A DNA stretch of 64,000 bases from Macrostomum lignano (taxonomy: Eukaryota), in contig NIVC01000572.1 of NCBI GenBank assembly GCA_002269645.1, positions 310,001 to 374,000 on the forward strand, in the 5' to 3' direction. The position numbers and the translations under genes are program-made. Shown in pieces: positions 14,314 to 25,401 of this stretch; within the stretch, counting starts at the first letter, position 1, and every line of letters starts with the position of its first letter. Under the pieces are notes generated by a model. That model worked only from the letters and a program-made list of their open reading frames with translations, was not told the origin of the DNA and searched no databases.

Positions 14314-15214
14314 TGTAAAACTCGCCGCACAGATCCCATTCTATCGAAATAATATTAATATAAATACACTGACATATACTGGCCAAACAGGCTTCTCGCC
14401 TGAGCCAAACTTACTACTACTACTACCAAGAATTCACCGGGGCGGGGCGCATGGTCGTTATTGCACTCTTTTGTAGCCATGTTTCGCTAAACTAGACCTG
14501 TCTGAATTTTGTATTAATAATTTTAATCTTCATTTCTCAGAGAGAAGAGAAGAGCCTAAATATTGCTTTATGATTTTTTTCAATGGTTTCCTTGGGGTTG
14601 GAATTATTTGGTCCTAATGCCAATGGTTCTAATTGGGCTTATTATTAAGTCTAAGACAGTAGGCCCTATATACAATATTAAGCTTATTATATTATAATCT
14701 CACAATATTAGACCTATACCATATTACTGATATTAGCCGCCCTTCCCAAAAAAGCTTGACAGAACATATTATTATGCCCCCAAAAACCTAAATTTGCACC
14801 CTCTAAACTTGATTTTTCGCCTCCAAATGCCTCTTTTGCACCCCTTAGCTTGATTTTTCACCTCCTAAATGCATTTTTGCACCCCTTAGCTTAAAATTGG
14901 CATCCTATATACTTGTATACTTGTATTGGTGCTCCAAACTTGGACCGCTCTCCCCAAAATGAAACTAGATCCACCATTGCGTTGATTTATACTGGCTATT
15001 CACCATTGTCTTACTTTTTACTAAACATGCAACTTACACCTATGACCTAGGCCTATTTGTGTCTATAAAAAAAACCGTAAAACAAAAAGCAATGTAATTG
15101 TAAGTAAATATTAAGAGTAACTAGGCCTATGATTATCTTATTAAGTCTACAAATGCTTTATCATTTAAGGCAGACTTGCTTATCCCACCAAAGGAATAAT
15201 TTCTGTCTTATTCC

Positions 15215-15750
15215 AACAGTACCGTGGGAATAATTTTCTGCTTATCTGCATGGCACAATGACAAGATAGCTGCCCTATCTTCTACAAAAGCCATGGGAAT
15301 AATTTTTTCCCATAATATTGTTGAAGCAATGCAATAATCTAGGCCTATACAAAGAAATTGCGAATTTACATAAATAGTAGAATTCTACAGAAGCAGCGAT
15401 GGACTTTAATCGGAATCGGGATTAGACTTGGCTAAAAATTCAAATTATAAACAATTACTAGAGCAATTTACCTTAAATCATATGTCATAGGCCTAAATAT
15501 AAAAAGTGTTTTTTGCATAAAAAGGCCATTAAATCTTTACTTCTATAAAATAAATGGTCAAGCAAAGTTATGTTGTTATACTGCACTTAAACCATAAGTA
15601 CTAAACTAAATTATTCCCACGGCTTGTGTAAAAGATAGGGCAACTATCTTGTCAGTGTGCCATGGGGATAAGAAGAAAATTATTCCCATAATACTGGTAT
15701 TGTATCCACGGTATTGTATTCCTACAGTACCGTGGGGATAAGCACTGCCA
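15215..15750. mobile_element. Degenerate inverted-repeat element
   Basis: ~15222-15302 is the imperfect reverse complement of ~15609-15690. The motif GTGGGGATAAGCACT recurs at ~15735 and ~41380. Confidence 0.5.
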
Positions 15751-16269
15751 TCGTTTAAATAGTATTGTCTAAGCCTATATTTTTGGGTAGGAATTTTTGT
15801 GACTTACCTTGGTTGGGCCTCTTGCTAACTAGCTAGATCAGCCAGGTTGGCTTGATATTGCGTATGTATATAGACTAAATAGATTTAACTTCAAATAGAC
15901 CTATGTCCTATGCCTATAACTATAATATATTTTGTATGGCATATTTTTGGCTAATATAGTTGCTGCAAAAAGTCTAATAACATTGTGCAAAAAAATTGGA
16001 AATTATTTCATGCCTCTGTCACTTTACTAGCAAAATTGAAACTCTTATTGCAGTTTTTACTAATTGTTTACTCATGCTTCATACTTAGTGAAATTTTCTA
16101 AAACTTATTTTTCAGTGCATTGTAATAAATCCATCATGTGTAAAGTTGTGAATTTACTTGGAAAAAAGTCTAGCACCACTACAGTTTCTATTCTATCAAT
16201 TAGAGGCTAGTAAACTAGAGCAAGTCAGTTAATATGAAATTTATTTTGTACTTATAGTAGCACCTATCA

Positions 16270-17375
16270 TCAATATTAATACCTTTTTTGGATGGCCCTT
16301 CAACCATAGAACCTCTGTGCAGCACTTTGGCATGTATTCCATCTGCCAAGAGCAAAGTTAAGGGCTGATGCTCTCTCACTGTTGCTGCACTGCTTGCCAC
16401 AGAGTGTCTAGGGAGTATGGGTGGTACTTGGCAATGTGCACCTTTATGACTTGCCACAAATTTTCTATCGGTAAAAGGTTGGGTGACTGTCTAGGTCAAT
16501 GTAGCACATAAATTCACCTCTTCTGCAACAGCTGCTTTACAATTTGTACTATATGGCAAGAGGCATTGCCTTGCTAGAAGATAATATTAGCCAGTTAAAT
16601 GCTGTTGCACATATGGCAGCATCACTTGTAATAGCAGCTCATGATAATGCATACTATTGATGGCATTGTCGAGGCCGACAATTGGTCCAATGCCAGCAGT
16701 GCTGATGCAGCCCCAAATAATTATGGAGCCTCCACCTCAGTTGCAGTTTGGTTCAGAGCAAAGGGCTGCAGGCGCTCTCTTGTGTGCTAGCAAAGTTGCT
16801 GATATCTGTCGCAGTACAGGTGGTTTACTTTGCTCTTGTCAGAGAAGAGCACGAGATGCCACTGCTCCTGTGTCCTGCAGGTGCTCATGGCCCATTGCTG
16901 ATAAATGCAACAGTTGCGCTCAGACATAAGTGGCTTTTTCACTGCGTAGCAGCTGGCCAGCCCAGTCTCCAGCAGTCGGTTGCAGACTGTCTACACCAAG
17001 ATTTGGGGCAAGGGAATCTCGTCGTTGCGCGGGGATGACCAGAACAAAGCTGGCTGTTGGTGCTGCCAGTCATTGGAGCGTCCTGCTGACGGTGGATGCT
17101 GAAATTCACAAATCTCGGGCAATTTCATAGTGTCCATAACTTTCATCATGCCGTTGGACCATGCTTGGGCGCAACCTTGGGATTCACTCGGCCGTTTCTA
17201 TTGGCAACACACACGTGTATGTCGCTATTGGACAGAATAGTAGTCACGTGACTGCTCTCAGCCAATAGCGACTTACATGTGTGTGTTGCCAATAGAAACG
17301 GCCGGGTGATTCCCAAGGTTGCGCGCGTATGCGTTGGACGATAAGATCTTGTAGCTGCACACTTAGTTCTGCCAT
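16270..17375 (-). mobile_element. Decayed Tc1/mariner transposase
   Basis: Minus-strand translation across stops and frameshifts gives MAELSVQLQDLIVQRHDESYGHYEIARDL*ISASTVSRTL (HTH), WHLVLFSDKSK, GGSIIIWGCIS, GNASCH and SPNLLPIENLW. These are the canonical Tc1 blocks WxxVLFSDES, GGxxMVWG, QDNAPxH and SPDLNPIENLW. Confidence 0.85.
17160..17331. mobile_element. 172-bp palindromic MITE inserted into the Tc1 transposase
   Basis: Near-perfect hairpin at 17169-17324. The 8-bp TSD CGTTGGAC is at 17152-17159 and 17332-17339. Removing it restores the Tc1 frame (LIVQR|HDESY). Confidence 0.85.
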
Positions 17376-17479
17376 GACTTGTTCAAAGGCAAAATTTCAA
17401 TGAAAATGCTGCAGGGCAAAACATGTTCAAAACATGGTGTCCCATTGATCAAGCTTGGATAACTGCGTGATAGTGCTTA

Positions 17480-19210
17480 CTGGTGGTGGCTCCAATTACA
17501 AGTTCAGCGTTCAATAGCTGGTTAGCTCGATCTTTGACTAAGGTGGCTAGGTCACGTAGTGATATAGTGTTCTCGACATCAGGATGGACAAAACACAACA
17601 GCAAGTCGCTGCAAAGTTCATCTAGACTGGCTGACAGTAGGTGTATTTGTGTTGATTCCCGCTGGAAAAGCTTTTGAATTTTCTAACATCTAAGTAGTGT
17701 CTCTTCCAGAAACTGCAGGCGTGCTACTCTTGCATTCTTTAGCATTCTTGATTCAAGCATTCTTGATTGAAGTAAGCTTCAATTTGCCAGTCGAGGTTGC
17801 TGGATTACCAAAAAATGCTTTCAGTGCCTCCCACTGTTCCAGCACATGCTGAACAACAGTCAGCACCTGCAGCCAACGAGTGTCTACTTGCCTAAGGAAA
17901 ACGTGCTGAGCCAGTTTCATTGCTTCTTGGATCTGTATGTAAAGGAGAAAAATACAGAGACATGAATTTCACAATTCTACAAATTTCTGGATAGAACAAT
18001 CTTTGCAATGTTTAAGTGGAAAGGGTATAAGGTATTACCTTTTGGAAATCATTGTGGCGATCTATGTAACAAAAAATCTGTAAACATTGTCGAGTAGAGC
18101 CTCAACCTCACAATCTTCATCGAAGGCACGGACAGCGTACTGGACGCTATTATGTACATAATGTAGACTGCATCCGCCAACATCGACAAGATGGGGCATT
18201 TCGGCACGCAACTTCGTCACGAGACCACCATGCGATCCTAAAAATAGCAGGAAAGCAGCTACTTGTAACCTATAGTCTGCAACTCTGAATGTGAAATACA
18301 AATAAATTATGAAGATAATAAACTGGTATGTCTACTTGCCTCGCATGGCATCGCAAGAGTCGGTCATTACTGACAATATTCAAATTATTTAATGTAAATA
18401 TAATATTCAAATGGCAAATTATTGTCCTTCAAAACTTTTCACCAAAGCCTTCATGCCTTCAGCAGTTGCTTCCATCAGCTTCTCTGTGCCAATGTGCAAC
18501 AGAAGAGCCTTCTGTTGCTCAGGGCAGAACATACGGCCAAAAATGACTAGCCACGACCGATCCCTTCGAGTCCCTTCATCCAGCAGGATAGAAAATGGTG
18601 CTGCTCTAAGCTAAGCTTCTGCATCATTAAACATTTTGCATAGAGGCTCAAAGCCTCACAGATCAGGTCGCTCGTCTTCTTTCTAGCTCGTACAGCGCTA
18701 GCATAGTTTTCAGCAATTTTACTGTCTGGCAACTGGGAAGGCGACAGGGGACAGGGATAACCTCCGCCAGCTCATCTGTGAACTGGAACGAGACATCCTT
18801 CTTTGCAATCAATGAACAAAATCGGAGACAAGCGGCCCCATTTGTTTGTCAGCATCCGGGTCTCTAGCAGATTCTTCATTATAGAAAAAAGATGTAGTTA
18901 TCTTTTGGCTCTGTTACCCAAAATTCGACTGCTTGAGATGGTTCGTTGCTGATTTGTGCTTGGCACTGATTACATGCTGGGAAATAACCACTGACTTTTG
19001 GCAACAGTAACAAAAAGCTTCGTCTAGCTTCCTGCCTTGGTGGTCAATAGCTTGCCGACACCATTGGCTTATCTCCAAGCCATTGCGATCATTCTCTTTC
19101 AGCCAGGCTTCAGAAAACTTAGTTTTGCGCTGAGCCTGAGTTGATGACGATGAACTTGAAGGCAAAGAAAAGCTCATGAATTTGCTTTTGGCTGAAATTA
19201 GAGGCATTTG
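17480..19210 (-). mobile_element. Decayed, 3'-truncated hAT-type transposase
   Basis: N-terminal Zn-finger-like segment (KFSEAWL...AFCYCCQK...H..SAKH), PDSKIAENY, the CxxH motif GCSLHYVHN, RQVDTRWLQV, and LFQRESTQIHLL...FVHP...IG. Confidence 0.75.
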
Positions 19211-19404
19211 AAAGCTTAAAGCATGCAGTCTGAACTAAATACATGTGCAAGTGCAAGTTAATCCTTTACATGTACGTTGTTGTTTCAACTACCGATTTTT
19301 TAAAAGTCAATAATGAGCATTAAAGACAAGAAAAAAGGTTCATAGTTTCATTTTTGAGCGCAGAAATGACCTCGTAGTAGCGCAGTTGAGCAAAAAAGTG
19401 GTCA

Positions 19405-19530
19405 AACTGCACCCGAGTGAACTACAGCAATGCAGAGTTAAGTGTCTTGCTTAGGACACAAATTGTTCCACGAGGGCCGAGAATTGAACCCCCAACCATT
19501 CAGCTATGAGCCCGACGCTCTAACCCCTCT
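19405..19530 (-). mobile_element. tRNA-derived SINE fragment
   Basis: Minus strand has a B-box-like GGTTCAATTC, followed by TGTGTCCTAAGCAAGACACTTAAC, which resembles the conserved core of V-type SINEs. Confidence 0.55.
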
Positions 19531-19719
19531 TTCATGATTCTTTCAGTATACAACTCACTCCAATCACTAAACTAGGCAGAACAATCATTTAATCAGTAGT
19601 GCAGTTACTCCTTTCCCAATGATATATGTACGTACCAACTGTGTCAAAACAATATACTGAATCATAATCATATACTTAAATTTCTATCCTATGCATGTTA
19701 AATTCCAACATTCAAAGAA

Positions 19720-21407
19720 ATGTCCAATCCAATTGTATATTTTGATATTGACATTGATGGCAAGCCAGCTGGCCGCATAACATTTAAGCTCTATGCTGAT
19801 ATTGTGCCGAAAACTGCTGAGAATTTCCGCGCTCTCTGTACTGGAGAGAAGGGGATTGGTGAGTCAATGACCTACATTCCATATGAATGACCTATATGCC
19901 AAATAAATGATCCGTTTTTTCATATGAATGACCCATATGCCAGATGAATGACTTATATGACAGGTAAATGACCCATATGACAGGTGAAAGACCCATATCT
20001 CAGGTGGATGACCCATATCTCAGGTGAATGAACCATATGATAGGTGAATGACCCATATGACAGGTGAATGACACATATGTCAGGTGAATGACCCATATCT
20101 CAGGTGAATGACCCATATCTCAGGTAAACGACCCATATCTCAGGTGAATGAACGATATGATAGGTGAATGACCCATGTGATAAGTGAATGATCCATATGA
20201 CAGGTGAATGACCCGTATCTCGGGTGAATGACCCGTATCTCGGGTGAATGACCCATATGACAGGTGAATGACCCATATCTCAGGTGAATGAACCATATGA
20301 TAGGTGAATGACCCATATGACAGGTGAATGACACATATGTCAGGTGAATGACCCATATCTCAGGTGAATGACCCATATCTCAGGTAAACGACCCATATCT
20401 CAGGTGAATGAACGATATGATAGGTGAATGACCCATGTGATAAGTGAATGATCCATATGACAGGTGAATGACCCGTATCTCGGGTGAATGACCCGTATCT
20501 CGGGTGAATGACCCGTATCTCGGGTGAATGACCCGTATCTCGGGTGAATGACCCATATGACAGGTGAATGACCCATATCTCAGATGAATGACCCATATGA
20601 CAGTTGAATGACCCATATGACAGGTGAATGACCCATATCTCAAGTGAATGACCCATATGACCGGTGAATGACCCATATGACAGGTGAATGACCCATATCT
20701 CAGATGAATGACCCATATGACAGTTGAATGACCCATATGACAGGTGAATGACCCATATGACAGGTGAATGACCCATATGACAGGTGAATGACCCATATGA
20801 CCGGTGAATGACCCATATGACAGGTGAATGACCCATAAGACAGGTGAATGACCCATATGACAGGTGAATGACCCATATGACAGGTGAATGACCCATATGA
20901 CAGGTGAATGACCCATATCTCAGGTGAATGACCCATATGACAGGTGAATGACCATTCGCAATTCTCAAATGGCAGGCTGACAGCTGCTCACACTTAGCAG
21001 AAAATCAGTCGCATTGAATCCCTTCAGGTGAAATCAGCGGCATGCCGCTGCACTACAAAGGCAGCAGCTTCCACCGGGTGATCCCGCAGTTCATGTGCCA
21101 GGGCGGCGACTTCACCCGCGGCAACGGCACCGGCGGCGAGTCCATCTACGGTGAGAAATTCCCCGACGAGAAATTCGCGATTAATCACAGCAAGCCGTTC
21201 CTGCTGTCTATGGCCAATGCCGGGCCGAACACGAACGGCAGCCAGTTCTTCATCACTACTGTCAGTACTAGATGGCTGGATGGCAAGCACGTGGTATTTG
21301 GCGAAGTTGTCAGCGGTGAAGACGTGGTTAAACGCATGGAAAGTCTGGGGTCAGAGTCCGGTCGAACATCTGCTTCGATTGTTATTGCTGACTGTGGACA
21401 GTTGTGA
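19720..21407 (+). CDS. Cyclophilin A-like peptidyl-prolyl isomerase, divergent-loop type. Exons 19720-19858 and 21028-21407, 172 aa
   Basis: [10 protein letters not shown]...[19 protein letters not shown]|[29 protein letters not shown]...[10 protein letters not shown]...DCGQL*. Phase-1 GTGAGT/ttcag intron. Catalytic R, F, Q, W and H equivalents are present. Confidence 0.95.
19880..20953. repeat. 20-bp minisatellite (ACCCATATGACAGGTGAATG) in the cyclophilin-1 intron
   Basis: Directly visible tandem array of ~1.07 kb. Confidence 0.97.
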
Positions 21408-21573
21408 CTGTTTTGTGCAGCTGTGTCTGTTACAATTTGTGAATTTGTATCGGTTGGGACTAGTAATAGTGAAAATAAATCGGAATTATTCAATGTTTTG
21501 CATTTCGCGTTTTTTTAAAAACCAGTGTCCCGTTTTTTGTTTATTTTTATCGTTAAACATTAAATGCAGAGAT

Positions 21574-22062
21574 TCAGGAGTGTAGCTAGGGACCTTTTAT
21601 ATGGGGGCGTTAGCGAGGAGCGCCAGCACCAAGGGGCGCCAGCACCAAGGGGCACCAGCACCAAGGGGCGCCAGCACCAAGGGGCGCCAGCACCAAGGGG
21701 CGCCAGCACCAAGGGGCGCCAGCACCAAAGGGCGCCAGCAGCAAGGGGCGCCAGCACCAAAGGGCGCCAGCACCAAATGGGGCGCCAGCACCAAAGCGCG
21801 CCAGCACCAAATGGGGCACCAGCACCAGGGGGCGCCAGCACCAAGGGGCGCCAGCACCAAATGGGGCGCCAGCACCAAATGGGGTGCCAGCACCAAATGG
21901 GGCGCCAGCACCAAATGGGGTGCCAGCACCAAATGGGGCGCCAGCACCAAATGGGGCGCCAGCACCAAAGCGCGCCAGCACCAAATGGGGCGCCAGCACT
22001 AAATGGGGCGCCAGCACCAAAGCGCGCCAGCACCAAATGGGGCGCCAGCACCAGGGGGCGCT
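21574..22062. repeat. 19-20-bp GC-rich minisatellite (GCGCCAGCACCAAATGGGG) behind a CAGGAGTGTAGCTAGGG TIR-like end
   Basis: Tandem array at 21620-22062. The left terminus resembles CAGGGGCGTAGC-type MITE ends; no right TIR was found. Confidence 0.8.
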
Positions 22063-22211
22063 AGCAGATTTAGAGACAACTTTAGCAACCATTTCTGCCT
22101 ATACTAGCATATCTGCCCAAGCAGAAAATATTTTAAGCATATATGATAAGATTTCTATAGTTTGTTGAAATGAATCAGAAATCGTTAAAAAGGTATTGTT
22201 AATTATTGCAG

Positions 22212-23647
22212 GCCCTACCGTTTCGTTTGCTAAGCACCGCGGCCAATAAGGCTGGGCGGCCGCAGGTGTTCTTTGATGTTGCCGCCGATGGCAAATCGCT
22301 TGGCCGGGTTATTTTTAGTCTCTATTACGACAAGGTGCCGAAAACGGCCGAGAATTTTAGGGCACTGTGCGCTGGCGACAAGGGTGTTGGTAAGTGCTCA
22401 TGTATCATGGAATGGATTGGTTCTGGGTGGTGACTGAGGCATCTGGGTGGTGACTGAGGCATCTGGGTGGTGACTGAGGCATCTGGGTGGTGACTGAGGC
22501 ATCTGGGTGGTGACTGAGGCATCAGGTTAGTGACTGAGGCATCAGGTTGGTGACTGAGGCATCAAGTTAGTGACTGAGGCATCTGGGTGGTGACTGAGGC
22601 ATCTGGGTGGTGACTGATGTATCTGGGTGGTGACTGAGGCATCAAGTTAGTGACTGAGGCATCTGGGTGGTGACTGATGCATCTGGGTGGTGACTGAGGC
22701 ATCAGGTGGGTGACTGAGGCATCAGGTTTGTGACTGAGGCATCAGGTTGTGACTGAGGCATCTGGGTGGTGACTGATGCATCAGGTTGGTGACTGAGGCA
22801 TCAGGTTGGTGACTGAGGCATAAAGTTGGTGACTGAGGCATCTGGGTAGTGACTGATGCATCAGGTTGGTGACTGAGGCATCAGTTTGGTGACTGATGCA
22901 TCAGGTTGGTGACTGAAGCATCAGGTTGGTGACTGAGGCATCAGGTTGGTGACTGAGGCATCAGGTTGTGACTGAGGCATCAGGTTGTGACTGAGGCATC
23001 AGGTTGTGACTGAGGCATCAGGTTGTGACTGAGGCATCAGGTTGGTGACTGATGCATCAGGTTGGTGACTGAGGCATCAGGTTGGTGACTGATGCATCAG
23101 GTTGGTGACTGATGCATATGAGTTGTGACTGAGGCATCAGTTTGTGACTGAGGCATCAGGTTGTGACTGATGCATATGAGTTGTGACTGAGGCATCAGTT
23201 TGTGACTGATGCATATGAGTTGTGACAGAAGTTTCTATTCTAAAAGAAGTTTCTCTTCAACCTTCAACAGGAAAGAGCGGCATGCCGCTGCACTACAAAG
23301 GCAGCAGCTTCCACCGGGTGATCCCGCAGTTCATGTGCCAGGGCGGCGACTTCACCCACGGCAACGGCACCGGCGGCGAGTCCATCTACGGCGAGAAATT
23401 CCCCGACGAGAATTTCTCCGTCCGTCACAGCAAGCCGTTCCTGCTGTCTATGGCCAATGCCGGGCCGAACACGAACGGCAGCCAGTTCTTCATCACTACA
23501 GAGAAGACTCCATGGCTGGACGGCAAGCACGTGGTGTTTGGCGAGGTTGCCACAGGCGAAGACGTGGTTAAGGCTATTGAGAAGCTCGGTTCTCAGTCTG
23601 GTCGACCGGTTAAGAAAGTCACGATTGAGGACTGCGGCGAAGTGTAA
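22212..23647 (+). CDS. Second cyclophilin with an N-terminal extension (possibly mitochondrial, cyclophilin D-like). Exons 22212-22389 and 23271-23647; start-bearing exon not located
   Basis: [23 protein letters not shown]...[19 protein letters not shown]|[17 protein letters not shown]...DCGEV*. The intron has the same position and phase as in the first paralog. The basic, hydroxylated extension suggests the end of a presequence. Confidence 0.9.
22425..23225. repeat. 19-20-bp minisatellite (GACTGAGGCATCTGGGTGGT) in the cyclophilin-2 intron
   Basis: Directly visible, with a gradient of variants along the array. Confidence 0.97.
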
Positions 23648-24004
23648 AACAATGCCAGTCATCATTTTGCTGTTGATTAAACACTGAATTTAGACAAAAT
23701 ATACATCTAAGACAGCAAGCTATCTGTTTTTGGAAATCATGTTTGTTAAAAAAATTAATCATGTTAATTTAATTCTGCTTTAAAAAGTTTTGTCTTTAGT
23801 ATTTAAGGATAAAAGTGGACAGAGTTATAATTTACAAGTTATAAGAGGGACAGTTTAACATTATTCGTTTATCACTACGTGGAGTCTGCAGAAAGGTTGT
23901 GATACTCTTGTCTATAGATTCTGAACACATGCCCGAAATTCAACAATTTTTGCGAAGTCATTGGGAAACGGAAAATTTCAGTTTTATTCGACTAGAAAGG
24001 GATT

Positions 24005-24572
24005 GTCTGTCTGCGGCGCTAAAATAAGTGCCTGCGGCGCCAAAATGAGTGCCTGAGGCGGCAAAATGAGTGGCTGAGGCGGCAAAATGAGTGCCTGTCT
24101 GCGGCGCCAAAATAAGTGTCTGCGGCGCCAAAATGAGTGCCTGCGGCGCCAAAATGAGTGCCTGCGGTGCCAAAATAAGTGCCTGTCTGCGGCGCCAAAA
24201 TAAGTGTCTGCGGCGCCAAAATGAGTGCCTGCGGCGCCAAAATGAGTGCCTGCGGCGCCAAAATGAGTGCCTGCGGCGCCAAAATGAGTGCCTGAGGCGC
24301 CAAAATGAGTGCCTGCGGCGCCAAAAAAGGTGCCTGCAGCGCCAAAATGAGTGCCTGTCTGCGGCGCCAAAATAAGTGCTTGCAGCGCCAAAATGAGTGC
24401 CTGCGGCGCCAAAATGAGTGCCTGCGGCGCCAAAATGAGTGCCTGCGGCGCCAAAATGAGTGTCTGCGGCGCCAAAATGAGTGCTATGTGCATGTAGGAA
24501 TTTTAGAAATCATATACATGTAGGATTCTTAGCTTTATCCCCCCCACTATAAAATCTATGGCGACGCCCCTG
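24005..24572. mobile_element. Second, left-truncated member of the minisatellite-carrying TIR family seen at 9596-10459
   Basis: 20-bp unit CTGCGGCGCCAAAATGAGTG, followed by CATGTAGGAATTT...CCCCCCAC..ATGGCGACGCCCCTG, as at 10375-10459. Confidence 0.75.
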
Positions 24573-25401
24573 GGTTGTATATCAGAGAGGATTTCTATAG
24601 CAGAAATTTGTACAAGACCTTGAAATGAAATTTTGCAGGTATGCAAGCTACGAGCGTGTATTATGTAAATTATGCTACAATTGTACATGGAGTCTGTGTA
24701 TGCAGAAGTGGTTGCGGGCTTGTATCTATTGGCCCACACGACTTCATATACACGGCTAAAACTCAGACTGCATCGATGGGGAAAAGAGAGAAAAAGCAGA
24801 AGAAGGAGCAGGTTGATGAGGTGGGGAGATTGGTACAATGAGCAGGTATAGCTGACTGCGCGGAGCGTGCGTACATTCTATAGGGAAGAATATAGATTTG
24901 GGAGGAGGAGACGACTGGAGAGGGATTATATAAGCGAGAGAGCAGCCCAAAGGACAGACAGGGACACAATTGGCTGGAAGGCAAACTAATTGTACTTGCA
25001 ACGCTGTAAAGTTAGCTGTAAAAAGGCTGCGTTGCATTAATGACTCATGCAGCGCTTCTACGAAGGAATCCACATCAACTAGCTAGCTGCTAGCGTATTA
25101 AATAACGAGCTAAAAGGCTACACCTTTCTGCCTGCAGTCTGATTCAATTGTTCACATTGGACGCACATTAGGCTAGTCAGACTGAACAAGGCTGAACAAA
25201 TGCATGTAGTACTCAGCAGAAGCAGAAGCGACTATATTATCTTTCCTGCAGCTCTATTTATTTGCACAGAGGAAATAATTATAAAACTCAGAGGCAGAGA
25301 GAGACGACTCACTAAATATACACCCGAATAAGATAGATAGAACCGCGTGGACTCAAACAAACAGACTCAAACAGACAGTAAGTCCTAGCGATAGCACAAT
25401 T

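Noticed and set aside
21564-21620. MQRFRSVARDLL as the missing mitochondrial presequence exon of cyclophilin-2
   Set aside because: It overlaps a MITE-like terminus and runs into the minisatellite; no suitable phase-0 donor was seen.
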